A DNA stretch of 64,000 bases. Source: an uncultured archaeon (lineage in GTDB: Archaea; Iainarchaeota; Iainarchaeia; Iainarchaeales; 1-14-0-10-31-34). The DNA is taken from NCBI GenBank assembly GCA_964442255.1, contig CAYTYC010000004.1, positions 1,416 to 65,415 on the forward strand. The letters are read 5' to 3'. The position numbers and the translations under genes were made by a program. A model generated the notes under the pieces. The model was not told the DNA's origin. It ran no database searches and worked only from the letters and a program-made list of their open reading frames with translations. Shown piece by piece: positions 57,301 through 64,000 of this stretch (positions are counted from its first letter, which is position 1; each line of letters starts with the position of its first letter).

Positions 57301-59529
57301 CGTGCGGTAGTTTACTTCAAAGCTCTCTTCCCCAAAGCCTTCCCTTGCCTTCACCCTTGCCCTCACAATTTTTGTTCCGCCCGGGTTTTCAAAGTAAAGC
57401 TCCAGAAACTTGCTGAATTCCCCTGCTTCTCCCTCGTTTCTCCTGTCAATGGACTCGTTTCCGGGCGAAGGAAAGGGCTGGTATGTCTGGCCGAAGAAAA
57501 AGTTGTCCGCAACCGCGTCAAATCCCGTCACTCCAACCGTGTCGGATTCAATGTAAGGGACCGTGTCGTTTCCCACGCGCACATGCATTCCGCCTTTGTA
57601 TTCGCCTTCAATCCACTGCGTTTCAAATTCAAGGTAATAGTCTTTTCCTTTCACTATTCCTTTCACTTCGTTTCCGTCCTCGTCCAGTATCCTTGCAAGC
57701 CTTATCTTCGGCTTTAATTCAAGGTGCTGTTCTTTGTTCAATTCCATTTCCAGTTCCCTGTTTTTCCCTATCTGCCTTAATTCCGAGTGCGTTGTCCCGT
57801 CGGGCAGCGAAACCTCCACCACCGCCTCATTGTAGCCTATTGAGTCAAACACAACTGACCCCTCTTCGATTGGGCCGTCAAACAATACTGTGCCGTCTTT
57901 TGCGCTGACCAAAACGTTTCCGTCTTCAATCACATTCCCGTTTTCGTCCTTCAACACCAGCGTTTTCACGGTGTCAGGCACCTTTAACTGGATTATCAGC
58001 TCATTCAGTTCCGGTTCAATTGTTTTCTGCGCCTCCCCTTTTTCCAGTTTCCAGAACCCTTTTACCCTGATGTTTTTTCCTGCTTCCATGGTGGTTTCAT
58101 GGCTTCCGTCCAGCCCTGTGCTCGCAATTCCCAGGCCCAAGGGAAACTCTTCCTGTTCTTCCCCTTTTAGTTCATAGAACTGCAGGGTTGCATTCACCGC
58201 GGGCTTTTGCCCGGAGGTTATGGCGTGCACAATCAGTTCAGCCGAATTTTCAATTGTCGCCTTTTTCAATTCAATGTCCGCGCTTTCCTGCGCCAACGGA
58301 ATCACTTCAATCACTTTTGGAAGGTAGCCTTCCTTCACGGCGCCGATGAAGTATTTTTCGTTGACGTTCAGTCCCCCGAATTCCACGAAGCCCCCGAAGC
58401 CGGTTTCCTTTGTTTCCAGCACCTTGTTTTCCAAGCCGTAAAGAGTCACTTCCGCGGAGTGCAAAAGGGTTTTTGTGTCTTCGTCCATTACTGCGACAGT
58501 AAATTGTTCTCCGCCTTTTTCCAGGAAAATTTCTTTCACTGTTTCCTCTCCGCGCAATGTAACAAACTCTTCCTCTGAATCCTCGTATCTCACATACCCG
58601 TCCTTTTCAACACTTACCATTACCACTGTGCCTTTTTTCAGGTAACTTGAATAGATTCCGTCGTCGTCTTCCTCCGATTCATCCAGTTTCTTGAAGCTTT
58701 CCCCGTCAAAAATTCTGATGTTTGCGCCTTCCACCAGGCTTTTTGTTTCCGAGTCAAACACTTTTACTATCAAATTGGTTTCGCCCTGGAGTTCCGCGGG
58801 TTTCGGCGCAAGGGAAATTGTCCTTAACTCCGTTGACTCAAAGCGGATTTTCTGGCTTAAATCCTCATACGAATCGGCGGTGACCTCAACCAGTATTTCC
58901 TCTTTTTTAGGCAGGTTCACCAGTTCCGCGATTCCGTCTCCTCCGCTTACCGCGTTCCTTACCTCGGCCTTCCAGCTTGCCGTCACCAAAACGCCTTCAA
59001 TTGCCGTGTCTTTTTCCGAGTCAATGAACCGCAGCTTTCCGTTGATGTAGCCGGTTTCCATTCTTTCAAGGAAAAGGTTTGCGGTTACGTTCACCGAATC
59101 CAGGTCAAGCAGTTCCGAGTCTTTTTTAAATCCCTCTTTTTCCGCTTCCACGGTTACAGTGCTTCCGATTGGAATTCCTTCAAGCAGTATCGCTCCGCCG
59201 TTTGACCCGGGTTCAGGGCCGTAAATGGTTTTCCCGGTTTCGTTTTTCACGGAAACCATCGCCCCGCTAAGCCCTTTTCCTTCGTCGTCCACGATGTTCA
59301 TCGCGATTGAAACGTTTGCCGCCGCAAAATTAAAGTAAAAAAACCCAAGCAAAATGAACAGGATTATCGCAATCAATGCGATGAACACAGGGAAAAAGGG
59401 AATTCCGCGGTTCTCGAACAGGTCAACGATTTTGTATACCGGCAATCCCTTGTCGTCCAGGAAATCCATTCCCGCATAGAATTTGTCCTCTATTTTTGCG
59501 TACACTTCCGCAAGCTTGCCTGAAATCAA
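51334..59529 (-). CDS. Giant membrane-anchored surface protein paralog 4 (2731 aa) with C-terminal soluble lytic transglycosylase (SLT) domain
   Basis: Shared N-terminus and repeats, GMHVRVG, NYRTWA, YCDAQG; C-terminal LIKSIIETESSGN...GATGLMQIMP...NIEVGT...AIGAYHGG. Confidence 0.9.
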   Translation of the reverse strand: MISGKLAEVYAKIEDKFYAGMDFLDDKGLPVYKIVDLFENRGIPFFPVFIALIAIILFILLGFFYFNFAAANVSIAMNIVDDEGKGLSGAMVSVKNETGKTIYGPEPGSNGGAILLEGIPIGSTVTVEAEKEGFKKDSELLDLDSVNVTANLFLERMETGYINGKLRFIDSEKDTAIEGVLVTASWKAEVRNAVSGGDGIAELVNLPKKEEILVEVTADSYEDLSQKIRFESTELRTISLAPKPAELQGETNLIVKVFDSETKSLVEGANIRIFDGESFKKLDESEEDDDGIYSSYLKKGTVVMVSVEKDGYVRYEDSEEEFVTLRGEETVKEIFLEKGGEQFTVAVMDEDTKTLLHSAEVTLYGLENKVLETKETGFGGFVEFGGLNVNEKYFIGAVKEGYLPKVIEVIPLAQESADIELKKATIENSAELIVHAITSGQKPAVNATLQFYELKGEEQEEFPLGLGIASTGLDGSHETTMEAGKNIRVKGFWKLEKGEAQKTIEPELNELIIQLKVPDTVKTLVLKDENGNVIEDGNVLVSAKDGTVLFDGPIEEGSVVFDSIGYNEAVVEVSLPDGTTHSELRQIGKNRELEMELNKEQHLELKPKIRLARILDEDGNEVKGIVKGKDYYLEFETQWIEGEYKGGMHVRVGNDTVPYIESDTVGVTGFDAVADNFFFGQTYQPFPSPGNESIDRRNEGEAGEFSKFLELYFENPGGTKIVRARVKAREGFGEESFEVNYRTWAEFNGLTARTPEDQVLGSEKVSREKSALYAETISEKVSVFESEPLCKEKLCITHMFLTKEGGRFGEKEFSAGLGEVYALEAEMVAAENLSVNLRVSTSDSVPKVVFTSYSLSGASNFADNENPLQALTANNISLSRGTPKTARFYFKGIKEGEAFIRSEAKLGNEGIEDELFFAVFREAELDIELEDFVNAGEEIKITLKDSLGRPVENAKIRIISADGETAAEMLGDGSTGNGRDGVYRFKNSLEPGKYAARIEAPGFRPVEKGFMVGAKEGLKIEEKILLNMPFGEKVVRIEETIRNTLTLPVSGIAAEVVPAKNWPDELILSALPPAELGPRETGKIGFTAEYTGNEEKIVHGEADVEFTGLVNGEYVVAAKTRVKVNYNQRLKESCLEFDSSELQAYLVGAEGNRKTLDILMKNNCGVPLNFSPEALPKGKEAPGVEVYAGTFRLEADGKPHQYSLELVSTFPTMFDLQQQYNYDVFFKSPQISKSIPLKIILWNPKIALFVPDNLHIWITQSQRQKTGIGRAMLFISNRGNADVSEITMALEQHIPGVDVKIEPRNEFPLLKKGQSIPPAYVVATANTEKSSTHLGNLVINGNIEGRHYTNLWSVPVYFHVSDWHCLSLQTLPGEPLNFETDTKKSFEAITRFVSIKNFCQEPVVIGEMEPKYIGNNYIEIYPDGEVLPPQTGRDDFELTVYPSESIDVSRPVSVLGVGQVTRELIKSEPVNISLKVGESATSCSGGKCRAMPEIEVPICEDRDSETKKISFPKLSTDCHEGYCDAQGMAGYIAKKAKDKIVQAKRRVTELANTTLNVQGCDPRQGYCTFESMNIQADSLEVFLSHDNLSREMLKKEIDDLKSSEFENFDVRYGEGDFGVAGIGLLSRIYIPGDLAGCGRYKLTTTGAVGVEGDRLDTESIVVVFRLVDADETPECKSVAQNAPNFLPLDKKYNSESAYESWLTMVDGKDSSTKKFEEKFAEKLFGKSEGRLGGGGSRNTVELELGEVPFNGLMKIEVKPGFSAENPKKVYVTVSRKSVEASESVEGGEDKLIEETARILGNLWNSKLGDACISRDESFFVVSSAERVEEFVPRLEVPGSMQVSMQETCVNGVLSNLSSGEFDLVFDEDSAKIPGLEYIEVWDASAKQVKTTAKTAEKTEAPKEGEEAKTGEKIVWEYERKGEKPAFRLTETDRDFTVNLAKFDKASKRYYYHFQLCIRGGADFQEATEKSIKLKAEDLHGPYSMEEFREIDLMLCGLTPLEFLEEAYKTPVGEEPYYATLVWDGGDDKVNLADVYSQLRKNKLTDPKSELIKAESSKRVTSIAAWGAGCFVGCGGCAVITKLGFIPGAVVDCLLLTCGPPVAVGLIKEYLNVDLSFDKIVDFTWGKIKDLVNFVKGEEKLILDEAVKAEGGNSWLPDFLVGNLDDTGKEIIEDMVSTSLATGGTRQAWKTIRPGVDQVLAPSEFAKDAIKGRLESLQGGAKVASGINAKLGGFTDPVTGRQYMNITADAGGKFTLIDNTGIGLESLEKQEAALKTQMDNLTQGRGRQAISPQMQTQYDNLVDEAGRLKNASRAHQGVVDDLVKKGLLKEGDLVGTVAVDDARNAVISNLNREASELKEILDHTNMDGEKSIRKSMKTVTDQVGNRNYTTAADGLEDVAKKVGKSKKWIVRGEAAEVSRWRRLWANHPNLSRFIRGFGCLAAGEAAGYEAFKWYWGAEGVQSPGGYCEPTGLQTINGVPVELTAKEFEFQKNFTYGVRHLEGKDKCLQFWLVTSSDEIQSTSNRLDKCGNEFEAKEMEINRTTSSQDAKTKSASKAAGVSEDLIKSIIETESSGNRFAVNTETGATGLMQIMPYWFNDTSLPSVKKYAKDGEDTYGYRDTGTMIIEVPGVKTFPARVNYKGKGKAIPKELWFDETVNIEVGTDIVKHLLQQDDIKGCDDPLALAIGAYHGGTGAIEKCKIIKNAAIEYSTTVLSKMGSIAKNEGKSIEGAVS

Positions 59530-59647
59530 CCTTTCACCCGTTCATCTGCACAGCCAAATCATAAGAATTACTTCACGCAAATATATAATTATTCTTCTTT
59601 TAGAAATAGTGTTCCATGCTATTTAAGCCTTTTGGCTTGCGCCCGGC

Positions 59648-59962
59648 TTAAATTGTAATGCCGCTTTTCAGGGCTTCGCTTACAATGGAAACCTGCCTGC
59701 TCAATTTTTTGAATTCTTCCGGGGTGTAGCAGAGGAAGTCAACCGGATAATCTAAACGCCAGTGCCTGTGCAGGCCTTCTGCTCTTCCGAATTTTTTTCT
59801 CTTAAAATAAGGGGAAACAATTATTAGGTCTACATCGCTGTCTTTGCGGTGCCTTTTCCCTGCCCTTGAACCAAATAAAATGACCCTTTCCACTTTCCTT
59901 TTTTCAGATACCTCTTTTTTGAATTTTTCTATCCCTTTGATTAAAGCTTCTCTTTCGCCCAT
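59648..59962 (-). CDS. Minimal nucleotidyltransferase (MNT) antitoxin
   Basis: LFGSRA......DSDVDL (GSx10DxD) motif. Confidence 0.9.
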   Translation of the reverse strand: MGEREALIKGIEKFKKEVSEKRKVERVILFGSRAGKRHRKDSDVDLIIVSPYFKRKKFGRAEGLHRHWRLDYPVDFLCYTPEEFKKLSRQVSIVSEALKSGITI

Positions 59963-60294
59963 TTCAACACCTTTTCGGATTTTCTTATGGCTTCCTGCAC
60001 GCTTGTTTTTTCAAATTTGGCGTAAGTGTCCGGGTACCTTGTTTCAATGTAGAACGAGCTGATTTCATCGCAGATGTCCAGCAAATGTTTGGGGACTTCA
60101 ACTTTTTTCCCAAGGAAATAGAGGTCATGGGTTTTGAACAGTTTCCTGAATCTTTTGATGTACAAAGCCTTTAACGCTTTTTCAACTGCCTGCTGGCAGA
60201 AAAAAGCCGCGGCATCGAAAACATTTTCCCTGAAATTAATCTTTGCGGTATTCAAATCGTGCTCTGCTTTTTCCATCCATTCCTTTGGCTCCAT
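59941..60294 (-). CDS. HEPN-domain protein
   Basis: W...A..DL..A, F.CQQAVEKALKA, THDL, RYPD; overlaps MNT gene. Confidence 0.9.
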   Translation of the reverse strand: MEPKEWMEKAEHDLNTAKINFRENVFDAAAFFCQQAVEKALKALYIKRFRKLFKTHDLYFLGKKVEVPKHLLDICDEISSFYIETRYPDTYAKFEKTSVQEAIRKSEKVLKWAKEKL

Positions 60295-60339
60295 TTTTTT
60301 CCCCTTCAGCGCCTGCTATTAAAAGGGCAAAAGCGGTTT

Positions 60340-60915
60340 TTAAGCCTTTTGGCTTCCATTAATTCCGCGCCTGCGCTTGCGCGGCTTTTTAACCTTTTTC
60401 ACTCCGGCGGCAAGCCAGTACCATGCCCCATAAAACCCCGCAATAACAACAATCAGTGAAACCCTGAACAAAACATCGTGCGTGAAAACCGCTGTCTCAA
60501 CACTTGAATTAATTAAAATATTTATGCTCACAACAATCCTGGCCAAATTAAAAATGTTGACTCCAACAAACGCCGCAACAGCCCCGTACAGTTTTTTTCT
60601 CCATGAAATAAATGGAGTCGCAGCAATTGCGGAAACCAAAACAACCAACTCCAAAATTCCTGTGCACAATTCCCCTATTTCCACCTTAAAATCCCGGAAA
60701 TCAATCAGCACAGGCTCTGCCGCAGAGGCAATTGTGCCGTGCGCCCCAAACAAATTCATCAAAAAAATCACGGCTTGTGCAACCGCAAGCTCGCTCCACT
60801 CCAGCGGAACAACAAAATAGAAAATTCCGTACAGTACGGCAAAAACCGCCATGAGAAAAACCAAAAACTTTGCCCCGCGGAGCACTTCTTCTTTGCTGAA
60901 ATCCATTTTCACCAC
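60340..60915 (-). CDS. Archaeosortase/exosortase-family transpeptidase
   Basis: Multi-TM protein with Cys (ELCTG), Arg (NLARI) and His (FTHD) catalytic residues. Confidence 0.85.
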   Translation of the reverse strand: MVKMDFSKEEVLRGAKFLVFLMAVFAVLYGIFYFVVPLEWSELAVAQAVIFLMNLFGAHGTIASAAEPVLIDFRDFKVEIGELCTGILELVVLVSAIAATPFISWRKKLYGAVAAFVGVNIFNLARIVVSINILINSSVETAVFTHDVLFRVSLIVVIAGFYGAWYWLAAGVKKVKKPRKRRRGINGSQKA

Positions 60916-60934
60916 ATAATAACGCCTTAAGTGC

Positions 60935-61229
60935 TTATTTTTCTTTTTGCTTTTCCCTGAATTCCCTTAAAACCGGCAAAAATTTTTCGGCTCCTTTCCT
61001 TGTGAGCTCGTAATTCATTCCGTGCGCTGTGGGGTGCTTGTACAGGAGGCCTTCCCTTATGAAATCCTTCAAAACAAAGAAAGCATTTTTGCGCTTGTCT
61101 TTCGCGATTCCGGAAAGAAGGGGTTCCTTTTTTGAATGCCTTTTGCTGTAGTGTTCCGCGCAAGCCAATTTTTTTGACTATGGCTAATGCCACAACTTTC
61201 CTGAACTCTTCCGAATCTTCCTTTTTCAC
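60935..61229 (-). pseudogene. Small winged-helix-like gene with homopolymer frameshift
   Basis: Deleting one base of the 7-T run (61169-61175) fuses ...VALAIVKK to LACAEHYSKRHSK...LKDFIREGLLYKHPTAHG. Confidence 0.6.
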
Positions 61230-61346
61230 AATTAACCTGCGAAAAGGCAAAGAAATAAGAAGGCTTCAATACTGCAATCAACGAAAAAACAATACAGTAT
61301 ATGCTCTAAAGTTATATTTTTAGGGTTTTTGGCTTTTGTCCTTTTC

Positions 61347-61667
61347 ATGTATGCAACCCAAACCCTTAGCGCAGTCCAGGTGCTGCGCTTTAACGGGGAA
61401 AAAGCCGAGCTTGAGCTGCTTAAGGTTATTCACTCTTTTCCGGGCTTGAGCGTTTACTCCCTTTCCCAGAAAGCCTCCTGGACCTGCGGAAAAACCCAGC
61501 AGGCTGTGGAAAGGCTGCACAAAAAAGGTTTGGTGGAATTTGGGGAAACAGTTGAAAGTTCCCGTGTTCAGAAAAAGGTGTTTGAAACCCCTGCAACAAA
61601 GCTCATCAGCTTCCGGAAAAAAGAGCTTGAGCTCATGGAAAAATTCCTGAAAAGGAAAGCGGAATAA
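61347..61667 (+). CDS. Winged helix-turn-helix protein
   Basis: LLKVI...PGLSVYSLSQK..W..GKTQ.AV.RL..KGLV; ATG at 61347. Confidence 0.75.
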   Translation: MYATQTLSAVQVLRFNGEKAELELLKVIHSFPGLSVYSLSQKASWTCGKTQQAVERLHKKGLVEFGETVESSRVQKKVFETPATKLISFRKKELELMEKFLKRKAE

Positions 61668-61693
61668 TCTTTTATCGCACTTTCTGCCCGGCC

Positions 61694-62335
61694 TCACTCC
61701 GCCAGCTTATTTTTCAGCGCTTTTGTGGCACCAATGTATTTTTGGTATTCTATTGGGCCCATCAATCGGTGCATCTGAACCTCAAGCAAATCTGCATAGA
61801 ATTCTAATGTGCCGCTTACGGAACCGCCTTTTGACAGGCTTAAACTTTCTTTTTGTGTGTCCTCCAACTCCCTTATTGCCGTGTCCAAGCTTTTAATCTC
61901 TTTTTTTGTGTTTTCCACTCTGCCTCTTTGCGGAAGGCTTTTTTGGATTTGCCTCACTTCTTTGAGCAGCTTTGCCAAAGAAGAAACACTTACAGGCTGC
62001 CCCCTAGCAGTATCCAGCCTTATTTTGCCCGCTATCAGCCAAAGGTTCACCAGCTTCCCAAGCTTTCCTTTTGTTGAATTTGGAATCTTCAACCTACTAA
62101 TAATTTCATTAGAGAGAACTGCTTCATAATAAGCCAACTGGCTTGTTTTTTCTCCTTCACTCAAGGGCCTTTTTGTTGACACAATTTTTTTGGCTTCTTC
62201 CATGAGGCTTTGCATATCAATAGAGTCAACAATCCTTTTTGTTTCTCTTTTTATTTCCTCTTGAATTGCATTCCTTGTCTTGCTTGATATTTCTTTTCGC
62301 CTTGCTTTGGAAGGGCTTCTGCCTCTTGCTTTCAT
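61694..62335 (-). CDS. Basic helical hypothetical protein
   Basis: 213-aa ORF with K/R-rich N-terminus. Confidence 0.6.
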   Translation of the reverse strand: MKARGRSPSKARRKEISSKTRNAIQEEIKRETKRIVDSIDMQSLMEEAKKIVSTKRPLSEGEKTSQLAYYEAVLSNEIISRLKIPNSTKGKLGKLVNLWLIAGKIRLDTARGQPVSVSSLAKLLKEVRQIQKSLPQRGRVENTKKEIKSLDTAIRELEDTQKESLSLSKGGSVSGTLEFYADLLEVQMHRLMGPIEYQKYIGATKALKNKLAE

Positions 62336-62449
62336 GCAAACACATGTCCTTCAAGCCGCATAAAAGGCTTTCGCCCTGTTTTTGTTTCACGGTTTTTCCT
62401 TTACAGTAATGAATTAATATAACTTTCACCTATTTTTAATGGATTTTTC

Positions 62450-64000
62450 ATGAAGATTGGCGGATTCAGGGTAGGCGACTATGCAGTCAAGGAAGAAGGC
62501 GGAAAACGCCACCTGATTTTTGACTGCAGGGACTGCGTGTACGGGACTTCAATTGCCGATGATAAGGCGTGCAGGTTTCATGCAATAAAGGTTTTGGGCC
62601 GGGTTGAAGCAGACCTCCTCGTGCTTGCGGACGTCTATGAAAGGGTTTACGGCAAGGAGCAGACCTCTGAATTGATTGAACTGGGAAACCTTGCCGCAAA
62701 GTTTGAGCTTGAAACCCCTTGGAGTTATTCCCATTTGGGCTACGATATTGGGGACACGCAAAAGCATTTTCCGCAAAGGCATGACACAATTGTTTCCATT
62801 ACACAGGAGCTTGTCGGCTTTGACCCTGTGCTGGGGTACCTTTCCTGCCTCCGGGAAATCAAGAAAGAGAAACTGCTGTTTGAGCAGTCTTCAGGGGATT
62901 ACGCGGAAGCCACAAAAGCATACCTCACCACCCTGCTTGGAATAAAGAAGTCTTTTGAGGAAACTTCGCTGATTAAAAAAGTGAAAAACTGGCTGATTAA
63001 GTTAAAGGAAATCCCGGAAACAACCCAGCTTTACCACACCTTGTTTGAGGCGGAAATAAAGCCTTCCTTTATCGGCTCAAGGCTGATGTTTGAGAAAACC
63101 GAGTCGCTTGAGCTTTTGGACGAATACACCGTTAAAAAGGCAACCGTGCAGGTTTACGCGCACCCCAACAAAACGGAAAAGCTTTACTTCATTAATCCCC
63201 CTGAATATTCCCTTCCGCCCGAAAAATACTTTGTTTTAAGCAAAACCAAGGAGGTTGTCGCGGGCTACAAGCCGGGAAAAACTTCTTTAAGCCAGATAGC
63301 GAAAAGCAGGAAATACTTTGAAAGGGTTTATGAGGCAACAATCTCTGACATCGCGCAGGAAAACAGCATTTCCTTAAGCAAGGCGGAAGTAAGGGAGCTT
63401 GCCGGAATTGTCGCCCGCTACACGGTGGGATACGGAATCCTTGAAATCCTTTTAAGCGACAGAAAGCTGACAGACATTTACATGGATTCCCCGATCGGGC
63501 AAAAGCCATTGTATGTGGTTCACGCTGACTTCGGGCAATGCCAAAGCAACGTGCTTTACACTGAAACAGAAGCCGACGCCCTGGTTTCAAAGCTCAGGGC
63601 AATGAGCGGAAGGCCTTTTGACGAGGCCCACCCTGTTCTGGATTTTGACCTCCCAAACCTTGAAACAAGGGTTGCTGTCATTGGCGAACCCCTTTCCCCT
63701 GACGGGGTTGCATTCGCTTTCCGTTTGCATAAGGTAACCCCGTGGACTTTGCCGCAGTTCATTGACGTCAAATACCTTTCCCCGCTGGCTGCAGGCTTAA
63801 TGTCTTTTTTTGTGGACAACCAGGCAACCATGCTTGTGACAGGCTCCAGGGGTTCGGGAAAAACCTCCATGCTCGCTTCACTCATCCTTGAAATTCCCCA
63901 GAATTCCCGCATTCTGGTGCAGGAAGACACACTTGAGCTTCCCGTGAATTACATGAAGGAAATTGGCTTCAACATCCAGCGCCTTAAAACCAGGTCCCCT
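62450..64000 (+). CDS. Type II/IV secretion (TadA/CpaF/VirB11-family) ATPase, 3'-truncated by window edge
   Basis: Manual translation, open to the end: MKIGGFRVG...CRDC...GYGILE.LLSD...Walker A VTGSRGSGKTS (from ~63842), Asp box QEDTLEL. Confidence 0.92.
   Translation, partial: MKIGGFRVGDYAVKEEGGKRHLIFDCRDCVYGTSIADDKACRFHAIKVLGRVEADLLVLADVYERVYGKEQTSELIELGNLAAKFELETPWSYSHLGYDIGDTQKHFPQRHDTIVSITQELVGFDPVLGYLSCLREIKKEKLLFEQSSGDYAEATKAYLTTLLGIKKSFEETSLIKKVKNWLIKLKEIPETTQLYHTLFEAEIKPSFIGSRLMFEKTESLELLDEYTVKKATVQVYAHPNKTEKLYFINPPEYSLPPEKYFVLSKTKEVVAGYKPGKTSLSQIAKSRKYFERVYEATISDIAQENSISLSKAEVRELAGIVARYTVGYGILEILLSDRKLTDIYMDSPIGQKPLYVVHADFGQCQSNVLYTETEADALVSKLRAMSGRPFDEAHPVLDFDLPNLETRVAVIGEPLSPDGVAFAFRLHKVTPWTLPQFIDVKYLSPLAAGLMSFFVDNQATMLVTGSRGSGKTSMLASLILEIPQNSRILVQEDTLELPVNYMKEIGFNIQRLKTRSP

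Noticed and set aside
26596..59529. Diversity-generating retroelement or provirus explaining the paralog array
   Set aside because: No reverse transcriptase, TR/VR pair, integrase, capsid or terminase recognised; the paralogs are anciently diverged.
62487..63930. Short minus-strand ORFs in the last 1.5 kb
   Set aside because: Shadow of the plus-strand secretion ATPase, which the ORF track missed because it lacks a stop codon in the window.

Overview
Archaeal chromosomal window, most likely from a DPANN lineage (Diapherotrites/Iainarchaeota-like; inferred from BHB-type tRNA introns, family-B polymerase, type II Map, archaeosortase and class III signal peptide, not from a search). 1-18.4 kb: housekeeping genes (hisS, trkA/trkH, map, HAD, PHP, degenerate rpiA, ECF S-component + DUF4430 lipoprotein) mixed with 7 minus-strand tRNA genes (4 intron-containing, one with a 181-nt intron), at least three families of small non-coding hairpin/MITE-like elements, a triply disrupted Cys-rich lipoprotein gene, and a tRNA-Thr-anchored islet carrying a free-standing LAGLIDADG gene. 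18.5-64 kb: a candidate cell-surface/attack system. It has four paralogous giant (2434-2731 aa) membrane-anchored Ig/CarboxypepD_reg-like repeat proteins, each with a different inserted module; one ends in an apparently intact soluble lytic transglycosylase (SLT) domain. Around them are a class III (pilin-type) signal peptide protein, five small membrane proteins, a HerA/VirB4-like pseudo-ATPase, two VPEI(PEF-like)-CTERM proteins with an archaeosortase, a HEPN-MNT pair and a TadA/VirB11-type secretion ATPase running off the right edge. polB carries an unusual steric-gate substitution (SLHPS). All family assignments are from motif recognition by eye.
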